From: a virus
Length of the DNA stretch: 64,000 nucleotides
Virus record (IMG/VR): IMGVR_UViG_3300040806_003461
Span: 16,662 to 80,661 of that record
Reading direction: 5' to 3' (one strand)
Shown: positions 19,714 to 27,456 of the stretch, in pieces
Position numbering within the stretch: the stretch's first letter is position 1
Layout: the number at the start of each line of letters is the position of its first letter
The notes under the pieces: generated by a model
What the model saw: only the letters and a program-made list of their open reading frames with translations
Told to the model about the DNA's origin: nothing
Database searches by the model: none
Position numbers and translations under genes: made by a program

Positions 19714-21380
19714 AATCCAGTACCTCCTTCATTTAAGCGTTGTGCAACTTTTTCCGCGCCTTCTTCATCACGATATAAAGTATTAACACCAGATTCAGGC
19801 TGAGCCCTTATTCCTGTATTTCTATCAATAATCATCCAATATTTTTCGCCTGTTGAAAATGCTCCTTCACTCACATAATATTGAAGTTCTGTTTCAGGCG
19901 GTGCATCATCACTATGGTCAATTGCTCCTATACCATCTTCATATAATGGAGGGCGATCCGGGAAATTAGGAGGCGTTGAATATGCGACAGGTTCTGGTAA
20001 TTGAGGTATACCTCTTTCCTGATCTACGCCAGGTTGGAATAAAGCCGTTGGAATATAAATGGCAGGCGCCGCACTGAATGCTCCTGAAGGTGAGATTGCT
20101 AATCCATTTGCCATGCTTACAAAATCATCAATATTTACAGCATTACCTCTGATGTTTGTTTGAACACCACCGCCAACTCTTGTAATTGCGCCTTTAATGT
20201 TTACATCCGCGGTTCCTTCAACACGTGTTGTTGCGCCACTAACGTCCATTGTAGCAGTACCTGAAATTCGAGTTGATGGACTACTTAAATCAAGTGTTAC
20301 ACCAGAATCAATATTAGTAAATCCTGCGGATTTCATATGTAAGCCTAAGAGTGTTTTGATATAACCTGTACCGCCATCAACAGCCCAGTTAATAGCAGCC
20401 TTATCCCAAATCATATCAGATTTTCTCGACATGGTATCTTTTGATTCCATAATCATATTTTCTTCGGCCATCATACTTAAGTCGTTTGCGTTTGCATGAA
20501 TCTTTACTGATGCCGCTCTAATATTTGCAGTCGTTGCTGCATTAATACTTGATTCTCCACCAACCGACATGATGTGATCGCCGTGGACCAAATGAGTTAG
20601 GTTACCCATAATCTCTTCGGTTTTATTTCCTTCAACCTTTACGTAAGCATTTCCTTTGATAACAACATTAGATGTTCCGCCAACATATACATATTGATTC
20701 TCATCGTTTATTTCAAACTTATCGTGAATTGATTTATGTTTCGTTGTTCCGCGCTCACCCATTTCAACATAAGACCCTGAACGGTGGTGAATAGTAATAC
20801 GTTCAGCCCCATCAGAATCGTCAATCTCAATACGATGCTTTGCCGTTTCAATTGTTCGGTTAAATGGATACTGTGGGCGTGCATACGGTCCTGGCTCGCT
20901 CCAAGTATCTGTACCTGCAGCACCTTGAACATCTCGAACTCTTAATTGATCCATTTCGCCAACAAACGTTTCATCTAAATATTCACCGCGGTGTGTTTTA
21001 CTGTTACGCGGTTGTCCAAACTCATTAGGACCCATTTGATTTTCGCAACTGCTTGTTGGATATGCGCCATAACCGTCTTTTTCAGGTTCAGGAACTTTTG
21101 TTGTGTTTGTAGGAATTAATCCAAGTACCATTGGAGTTTGTGCTTCACGCCCATCAAGAAATACTCCAAATACCCAATCGTTTAAATGTAAATGGAAATT
21201 TGGATCATAATTACCCCAACACACAATAGCCCAAGGAAGACTTTCTGTTGGAATCTGATCTATCGTACCATGAATATTAAACGCACGTACTTTTACTCGT
21301 CCTTCTTTGCGAGGATCTACAATTTCTTCAATCACACCAATAAAGAATAATGGGTTAACTAATCCTGACCCTGTCATCAT
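19710..21380 (-). CDS. gp5: Baseplate hub/spike gp5 (no lysozyme domain seen)
   Basis: OB-fold FIGVIEEIVDPRKEGRVKVRAF, WVFGVFLDG; QYPFNRTIET..HRIEIDDSDGAERITIHHRSG; beta-helix repeats. Confidence 0.9.
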   Translation of the reverse strand: MMTGSGLVNPLFFIGVIEEIVDPRKEGRVKVRAFNIHGTIDQIPTESLPWAIVCWGNYDPNFHLHLNDWVFGVFLDGREAQTPMVLGLIPTNTTKVPEPEKDGYGAYPTSSCENQMGPNEFGQPRNSKTHRGEYLDETFVGEMDQLRVRDVQGAAGTDTWSEPGPYARPQYPFNRTIETAKHRIEIDDSDGAERITIHHRSGSYVEMGERGTTKHKSIHDKFEINDENQYVYVGGTSNVVIKGNAYVKVEGNKTEEIMGNLTHLVHGDHIMSVGGESSINAATTANIRAASVKIHANANDLSMMAEENMIMESKDTMSRKSDMIWDKAAINWAVDGGTGYIKTLLGLHMKSAGFTNIDSGVTLDLSSPSTRISGTATMDVSGATTRVEGTADVNIKGAITRVGGGVQTNIRGNAVNIDDFVSMANGLAISPSGAFSAAPAIYIPTALFQPGVDQERGIPQLPEPVAYSTPPNFPDRPPLYEDGIGAIDHSDDAPPETELQYYVSEGAFSTGEKYWMIIDRNTGIRAQPESGVNTLYRDEEGAEKVAQRLNEGGTGF

Positions 21381-22783
21381 TGTTGAACATCCTCTATATC
21401 TTGCTCTAAATCAGTACCACTCCAATTCAGTTTCTTAATCTTTGCCGCCGTTGTTAATTGCCCATCAACAAACGCGTGAGTTGTATCAGTAACAACATAA
21501 CGACCGTTTAATTGTGGATTTAATTCTCCACCTGATTGAGTGCTGCCCATTTGAATATTTAAGTCAATAATTTTTCCTGGTAAAATATCAGCACGTCCTT
21601 TTGTTTCAATACTTAGGATAACATCATTCAAATGGCGGTGATATGCAATGCGGTTTTGTGCAATTGTTGAAAAGAATGTTTCGCCTTTAATACTTCCTGG
21701 AATATCTCCAATACTTGCATAGTCTTTAAATAAAATCATATCTAAAGAATTTTCCGGTGTAAACGTATCTTTAATAAATTGTTCGCTATGCGGTGAGTTT
21801 TCAGGCTTAACAATTTCGCCATCTGAATCTATAAACTTAGTATCATTTAAATAATCGTAAGTTGAGGTTGTCATAACACCTTTTACCAAATCAAGCTCAA
21901 CCACGCGATTGTAATATGCACCTGAATATAAATGGTCGGCGGTATTACTACCACGGCTAACAATAACCATTTTATCAATTCTTTTCAAAGCAAGCTCAGG
22001 ATCGGTTCCTTGCTCGGTTTCAAGCGCATAGAATAAATTTAATTTATCGTCTTTGCTTTGTTTGAAAAAATATTCGTCAGTGACAAAAAAGAATCCATCT
22101 AAACGTTCAAAGAATCTAAAAGTTTGCGAAGGAGTATTTGAATTATAAGAGCGTGCTGCCATAAAATTCATTGCGGCAGTTGGTTCATAATTTGGTATGA
22201 TGAAATCAACAACACCTTCAGTATCCTGAACAATAAATGATTTGCCAGGATCATTAATTAAATCGTATTTTTTCGCATTATATGGAAGGCCTTCTGAATC
22301 GCCTTTGTTTGCCTTTCCAAAATAATCATTAAAGAAAAACGCTGCACCTTCGGAGATCTTTCCTTGCCAAGGCGCGGTTATACGTCTTTTGCTTGCTTCC
22401 CACGAAGTATAAGATACGCAATGGAGAGTAAATGAGGTGCCTGTCATTTGACCTGTAAAAGCTACGTTTCCGATATTATAAACAAAAAGCTTTAGACTTA
22501 TTGCTTCATCCGTATCTTTTATTTTTATATTAAGTTCAAGTGTTTCTTCTGCGCGAATAGGTAATGTTTCTAAAAGATTTGAGGTATCTGTAACTTTAAT
22601 TTTAACCATATAACTAAAGTCAGTGACACTCTGAACAATATGAATAGCTGTAACTAAAGGCCCAATGTCAGTCTGTGGCGAATTTGAAGGAGTGTTACCT
22701 ACATCACCATTTGGAGGCAGATACGGTTTAAGTATTGCACTCTCAATAGTATATGATGGATTGGATTGATCTTCTTCGCTCAT
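21377..22783 (-). CDS. Baseplate hub protein (gp27/gpD-like)
   Basis: LLETLPIRAEE, FRFFERLDGFFF, C-terminal LNGRYVVTDTTHAF; position between gp53 and gp5. Confidence 0.6.
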   Translation of the reverse strand: MSEEDQSNPSYTIESAILKPYLPPNGDVGNTPSNSPQTDIGPLVTAIHIVQSVTDFSYMVKIKVTDTSNLLETLPIRAEETLELNIKIKDTDEAISLKLFVYNIGNVAFTGQMTGTSFTLHCVSYTSWEASKRRITAPWQGKISEGAAFFFNDYFGKANKGDSEGLPYNAKKYDLINDPGKSFIVQDTEGVVDFIIPNYEPTAAMNFMAARSYNSNTPSQTFRFFERLDGFFFVTDEYFFKQSKDDKLNLFYALETEQGTDPELALKRIDKMVIVSRGSNTADHLYSGAYYNRVVELDLVKGVMTTSTYDYLNDTKFIDSDGEIVKPENSPHSEQFIKDTFTPENSLDMILFKDYASIGDIPGSIKGETFFSTIAQNRIAYHRHLNDVILSIETKGRADILPGKIIDLNIQMGSTQSGGELNPQLNGRYVVTDTTHAFVDGQLTTAAKIKKLNWSGTDLEQDIEDVQQ

Positions 22784-23034
22784 CTACTTATCTTGCTTTT
22801 AAATTCTTTTACAACAAGTGGTAAGAACCTTTTATCAATTAAAAAGATTTCTTTTTTGTTATCATTTTTTGCTTCTTCGTCTTCGTAAATACGCCAAGCT
22901 TTCCATTCATCAGGAATAATTCGTTTGATGATAATCTTTCGACCGGTTTCAGTACGCAAAATAACTCTATCTTCTGCACGAAGATAAATGGTACGGAATG
23001 ATTCCGGTGCAAGTCTGATAATTTCAACAGCCAT
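22780..23034 (-). CDS. gp53 C-terminal-like fragment
   Basis: YEDEEAKNDNKKEIFLID...VVKEFK resembles the conserved C-terminus of gp53. Confidence 0.55.
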   Translation of the reverse strand: MAVEIIRLAPESFRTIYLRAEDRVILRTETGRKIIIKRIIPDEWKAWRIYEDEEAKNDNKKEIFLIDKRFLPLVVKEFKSKISR

Positions 23035-23546
23035 TAGTAAATAATACCTCCGCCGGTTCCATCCTCACCTGCGTCGCTTGCAGTTTCTGTAACTTCTTTA
23101 CTTAAATCAACTTCAACGTCTGAGTTTTCAGAATCGTCAACAGAAATTACATTGTCTTCAAATACAGGGTCAATTTCTCTATAATAATAAATGATATTCT
23201 CATCAGATTCTTCACGAGTCCATTCAAGAATATCGTTTCCTTCTTTACCGCTTTCTTCACGGTACTTATCAATAAGATAGTTATTAAAATCTTCTGTCGC
23301 TTTTGGCCATTCGTGATAAGGATCCACGATGTTATTACTCAAATAAACAACCCAAGTATAATCAGTACTGCCATAATAGAAATTAGCAATATCCTCAGGA
23401 CGTTCTCCTTCGTGGATTGTGTATGGCTGAAAGGCAAATGGGTTTGTTGTTACGCTCTTAATAAAACTATTTCTTCGAGTAATATCTCGAACTTTATATC
23501 CGTCGTAGTCAACAATTGGAAAATTTTCAAAATATTTTGTAGCCAT
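23034..23546 (-). CDS. gp53: Baseplate wedge gp53 (LysM-like N-terminal part)
   Basis: YFENFP, YTIHEGERPEDIANFYYGSTDYTWVVYLSNNIVDPYHEWP. Confidence 0.88.
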   Translation of the reverse strand: MATKYFENFPIVDYDGYKVRDITRRNSFIKSVTTNPFAFQPYTIHEGERPEDIANFYYGSTDYTWVVYLSNNIVDPYHEWPKATEDFNNYLIDKYREESGKEGNDILEWTREESDENIIYYYREIDPVFEDNVISVDDSENSDVEVDLSKEVTETASDAGEDGTGGGIIY

Positions 23547-24661
23547 TATGTAGATCCTCCTGATGTACCTTCGGCTGTACCTTGGCTTGGAATATTTTCT
23601 CCGTTTTCATTTTCGCCAGCTGTTGTTTCCGGTGGAGTTACCGCGTCTTCATAATCATCTGCTGTTTCAATATCAAGTTCTTGGAAACTCATCGAGAGTT
23701 CAACTGCAGCAGGTACGCCGCCTTTTGCGATTGCGGTAATACCACCACCGCCGCTATAATTTACCGAAACGTTTGAAACCATACAAGTTTTAAATTTCAT
23801 AAAGTGTTCTTGATTAACGCCAAGCAAATACATATCAACAGTGCTTGGGAAATTCAAAAGAACGCGAGGAATTCCGACAAATTCTTCAGTTGAAGGTAAT
23901 GTGTTTCTTTTAATAGTACGAACAATATTACGAATCATTTCTGAATCTTGTTTATTACTCGGAAACAATTGCCAACTAAATGAATGGCTTTTTAAACCTA
24001 CACCTTCAAACGTCAAAGTTTCTCGAGGGTTAACAACTTGGCCGAGTGCGGCATTAAGAGTACTAATTGCAGTACCACCCATTCCAGGAATGTTATGGAT
24101 TTGGCTTCTTAACAAATAAGCAAGTCCTGCTGTCCCGCCACCACCTCTTGCATCTACAACACTGTTTAAAAAATTGCCTGCGTCTTCAAACATTTGTTTA
24201 CCATCAGCACCAGTTAAGTATGAGCCAATACCTTTTGTGGCATTAAATATATCTCCACCAATGTCAGCTAAACCTGATCCCAAATCACTGAGGCTTCCTT
24301 GTCCTTTTAAAAACGATTCTATTTTAGGATTTGATAATGCACCTTCAACCAAAGCATTGCGTTCAAATGAGGCGAGACGAATATCGTTTGAATCTGTAAG
24401 CTGTTTAGGGAAAGGCAATTGAATACCTACAGAACCATTCAACTCAATCTGCCGGCCTGTTGCGCGCCCTTTTGTGGGTTCTGACAATAACTCGCGGCGT
24501 GAATCAGCCCATTTTTTATATTCGTATTTTTTAAAGATAAGCAGAATCGAGTGCGGCGTTTCCTTTGTTGGAAAGACCAGCAAGTCGCTACTTTTACCAC
24601 GTATTGACTTGCGGCGAGCAGCTTCAACCGAATTCTTGCTTACATTGGTGTTCTCAGCCAT
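23546..24661 (-). CDS. gp48: Baseplate tail tube cap gp48
   Basis: VVNPRETLTFEGVGLKSHSFSWQLFP, CMVSNVSVNY, VELSMSFQELDI. Confidence 0.85.
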   Translation of the reverse strand: MAENTNVSKNSVEAARRKSIRGKSSDLLVFPTKETPHSILLIFKKYEYKKWADSRRELLSEPTKGRATGRQIELNGSVGIQLPFPKQLTDSNDIRLASFERNALVEGALSNPKIESFLKGQGSLSDLGSGLADIGGDIFNATKGIGSYLTGADGKQMFEDAGNFLNSVVDARGGGGTAGLAYLLRSQIHNIPGMGGTAISTLNAALGQVVNPRETLTFEGVGLKSHSFSWQLFPSNKQDSEMIRNIVRTIKRNTLPSTEEFVGIPRVLLNFPSTVDMYLLGVNQEHFMKFKTCMVSNVSVNYSGGGGITAIAKGGVPAAVELSMSFQELDIETADDYEDAVTPPETTAGENENGENIPSQGTAEGTSGGST

Positions 24662-24679
24662 TAAAGCCTACCTTTTTTA

Positions 24680-24687
24680 TATAAATA
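24680..24687 (+). promoter_or_regulatory. Late promoter TATAAATA for the gp4-gp29 operon
   Basis: Exact consensus 40 nt upstream of gp4. Confidence 0.75.
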
Positions 24688-24698
24688 TCTCTATGGAT

Positions 24699-24706
24699 TA
24701 TTTATA
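24699..24706 (-). promoter_or_regulatory. Late promoter TATAAATA for the gp48-baseplate operon
   Basis: Exact consensus on the minus strand upstream of gp48. Confidence 0.75.
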
Positions 24707-24726
24707 CTGTAATAGTGGAGTGAAAG

Positions 24727-25185
24727 TTGGCGCATAGTGGTAGATTTCGTCCGAAAAACCCACAAAAGTACAAAGGGGACCCAACTCGGATTATTTATCG
24801 CTCTTGGTGGGAAATGAGAGTATTCCGAGATATGGATATTCATCCTGATGTATTATGGTGGCAATCAGAAGAAGTGATCGTGCCTTATGTATCGCCAATT
24901 GATGGACGCCGACACCGATATTTTCCTGACGTTATTGCACACGTAAAAACTAAGGATAATAAACGGAAAACTATTATGATTGAAATTAAACCGAAGGCTC
25001 AGACAAGGCCTCCAGATGTAAAGAATAAAAATACGGTAAAAGGTCGACTATCAAGGCGATATCTGAATGAGGTTCGTACTTGGGGAATAAATGAAGCGAA
25101 ATGGAAAGCCGCTAAAAATTATTGTGCGGATCGTGGATGGGAATTTCAGATTTGGACAGAAGACCATATACCGGGAGCGAAATAA
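24727..25185 (+). CDS. gp4: Head completion nuclease gp4
   Basis: PKNPQKYKGDP..IIYRSWWE, WWQSEE, HRYFPD, IEIKPKAQT, NEAKWKAA. Confidence 0.93.
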   Translation: MAHSGRFRPKNPQKYKGDPTRIIYRSWWEMRVFRDMDIHPDVLWWQSEEVIVPYVSPIDGRRHRYFPDVIAHVKTKDNKRKTIMIEIKPKAQTRPPDVKNKNTVKGRLSRRYLNEVRTWGINEAKWKAAKNYCADRGWEFQIWTEDHIPGAK

Positions 25186-25785
25186 ATGGTAGCAAAAGTA
25201 TTTGATGATATATTGCTGAAAGGTATCCGATCTGGTGAAGCGCCAGGTCGTACAGCAGCAAGTCGTGAATGGTATCGGAATCAAGCTGCAAAGATTAAAA
25301 AAGGTAGAGTTACCGAAGCTCAATTAACAAGTGATAGAAACCGTCGTCGTGAAGAACAGGCAAATGGCAATATGTATTTCTTTGGATACGATGCAAAGCA
25401 TAAAGGTAAGTTGCCATATTACGACAGGTTTCCGTTGATATTTCCAATAGGTCCAGCAAAAGGTGGATTTTATGGAATTAACTTTCATTATTTACCGCCA
25501 AGATTACGAGCACAATTAATGGATGCTTTATACGATACAGCAAACAACGATAGATTAGATTCATCAACAAAGCTACGTATATCGTATGATATTTTAAAAA
25601 GTGCATCAAAGTTTAGATTGTTTAAACCTGCTATTAAGCATTACCTTGCTCAATATGTTAGAACTCAATTTGTTTATGTGGAACCTTCTGAATGGGACAT
25701 TGCGTTGTTTTTACCGACTGCTGACTTTGTTGGCGCAAGTAAGAATAAAGTTTATTCAGACTCAAGAAAGATTATAAGCGGATAA
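25186..25785 (+). CDS. gp2: DNA end protector gp2
   Basis: YDAKHKGKLPYYDRFPLIF, GINFHYLPP, FLPTADF. Confidence 0.93.
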   Translation: MVAKVFDDILLKGIRSGEAPGRTAASREWYRNQAAKIKKGRVTEAQLTSDRNRRREEQANGNMYFFGYDAKHKGKLPYYDRFPLIFPIGPAKGGFYGINFHYLPPRLRAQLMDALYDTANNDRLDSSTKLRISYDILKSASKFRLFKPAIKHYLAQYVRTQFVYVEPSEWDIALFLPTADFVGASKNKVYSDSRKIISG

Positions 25786-25789
25786 GAAT

Positions 25790-26569
25790 ATGTCATTTAA
25801 TATTAATGAATTTAAATCACAAATGAATCGCTTCGGCGGTCCTGCTCGAACGAGTTTATTTCAAGTTCAATTTGTTGGTACACCAATTTTATTCGGCACA
25901 AATGCACGAGAGCGAGACCTAACATTCTTTTGCTCAAACGCACAAATACCAGGTATGACCGCGACAACTTCGGACTATTTGTCAGTTGGCGGAAGACCAA
26001 AAACATTTGTAACTGGTATGAATAACGAACCTGCAAGCTGTGTCTTTATGCTAGATTCTGACCATCAGATTCAAAGATTTTTACATGGATGGTTTCAGAA
26101 AGTTGTTAATTACAGTACAGCAGGTGGTAATCTATCAGAAGTTAATGGAATGCTACCGTATGAAGTTGGCTTTAAAGATGAATATACTTGCCGCATGATT
26201 ATTCGTCATTATAGTACATATCAACCAAATCAAAATTTTCTTGAAAGACTTTTTGATCCATATTATTATGAAGTAATACTTGATAACGCATTTCCAACGA
26301 CAATATCTCCAACAGATTTAAGTTGGTCTAATAGCGATTCGGCGGCAGTTATGGCAGTATCTTTTGCTTATGATAACATTTATTATGATGGTGAACGAGT
26401 TGGTGTCCCATCTAATAGATTATCACGTGGCTATGGTTTGCTTGATTTACTTACAACCGTCGGACAAATTAATCAGCTCGTGGATATTGGGTTTAGACCA
26501 CAAGGTATCCAAGATGCAATAAATAAACTAAATCGTTTTAATAATACGGTGAATACTATAGGATTATAA
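25790..26569 (+). CDS. Tail tube initiator gp54 / gp19-like tube-fold protein
   Basis: GGPARTSLFQV, FCSNAQIPG, LDNAFPTTISPTDLSW; position between gp2 and gp26. Confidence 0.7.
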   Translation: MSFNINEFKSQMNRFGGPARTSLFQVQFVGTPILFGTNARERDLTFFCSNAQIPGMTATTSDYLSVGGRPKTFVTGMNNEPASCVFMLDSDHQIQRFLHGWFQKVVNYSTAGGNLSEVNGMLPYEVGFKDEYTCRMIIRHYSTYQPNQNFLERLFDPYYYEVILDNAFPTTISPTDLSWSNSDSAAVMAVSFAYDNIYYDGERVGVPSNRLSRGYGLLDLLTTVGQINQLVDIGFRPQGIQDAINKLNRFNNTVNTIGL

Positions 26570-26576
26570 TGGAGAA

Positions 26577-27290
26577 TTGAATATGGGCGCACCCTTACCA
26601 AAAATTGACTTGCCTATTTACGAGATGCTTCTTCCATCAACAAAAGAAAAAATCAAGTATCGTCCTTTTACTGTAAAGGAAGAAAAGATTTTGTTGGTGG
26701 CACAAGAATCTGGTGAACCTGAGCAGCAAATCGTTGCGGTTAAACAAATTGTGAATAACTGTTTGATTGACCGAGACGTTTCAGAATTTGCAATGTTTGA
26801 CCTTGAATTTGTAATGTTAGCATTGCGTTCAAGATCGGTGGATAATAAAATTCCAATCAAGATTCAAGACGAAGAGACAGGTGAAAAGGTTGAATTAGAA
26901 TTAGATCTTGAAATGGTTGAATTGGAAACTCACGATGAACACACAAATCGTGTACCAATTAATGAAAACTATACATTGTTTTTAAAATATCCAACCATTG
27001 ACGAATTCATTCAAATTGCTACGTCTGATCCGAACGATCCTCTAACAAGTTATTTTATTTTGATTTCTTGTTTAGATAAGGTTGCTTCTGACGATGAGGT
27101 ATTTGAATTTAAAGATTATAAACGAGAAGAAGTTGATAAGTTTATGGAAGATGTATCATCTGACGTTGTCCGAGGAATTGAAAAGTTCTTTGATACAATG
27201 CCAGCAATGAAATACGAAATTCCATATGCATTGAAAGATGGCACAGAAAAAACATTTAAGGTAGCAGGCATAAACGCTTTTTTTTCCTGA
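26577..27290 (+). CDS. gp26: Baseplate hub assembly chaperone gp26 (probable start ATG 26583)
   Basis: LPKIDLPIYEMLLPS..IKYRPFTVKEEKILL, DLEFVMLALRSRSV, KYPTI, ends G-x-x-x-FF. Confidence 0.9.
   Translation: MNMGAPLPKIDLPIYEMLLPSTKEKIKYRPFTVKEEKILLVAQESGEPEQQIVAVKQIVNNCLIDRDVSEFAMFDLEFVMLALRSRSVDNKIPIKIQDEETGEKVELELDLEMVELETHDEHTNRVPINENYTLFLKYPTIDEFIQIATSDPNDPLTSYFILISCLDKVASDDEVFEFKDYKREEVDKFMEDVSSDVVRGIEKFFDTMPAMKYEIPYALKDGTEKTFKVAGINAFFS
27278..27285 (+). other. Candidate -1 programmed ribosomal frameshift slippery site (T TTT TTT)
   Basis: T8 run in GCT TTT TTT TCC TGA; the -1 frame reads TTC CTG ATG straight into gp51. Confidence 0.6.
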
Positions 27291-27451
27291 TGCTGTGTCA
27301 TATTAATCTAAAAGATTACTATAGAATAATTTTCGCCATGGCACAGCACCATAAATACTCTATAACGGAGATTGAAAATATGTTGCCGTACGAAAGAGAT
27401 CTATATTTTGGTATGTTGACTGAACACTTAGAAAAACAACAGGATAGGTAA
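27290..27451 (+). CDS. gp51: Baseplate hub assembly catalyst gp51 (53 aa), not in the ORF track
   Basis: MLCHINLKDYYRIIFAMAQHHKYSITEIENMLPYERDLYFGMLTEHLEKQQDR*; HKYSxTEIENMxPxERD is the gp51 signature. Confidence 0.85.
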   Translation: MLCHINLKDYYRIIFAMAQHHKYSITEIENMLPYERDLYFGMLTEHLEKQQDR

Positions 27452-27456
27452 GGCAA

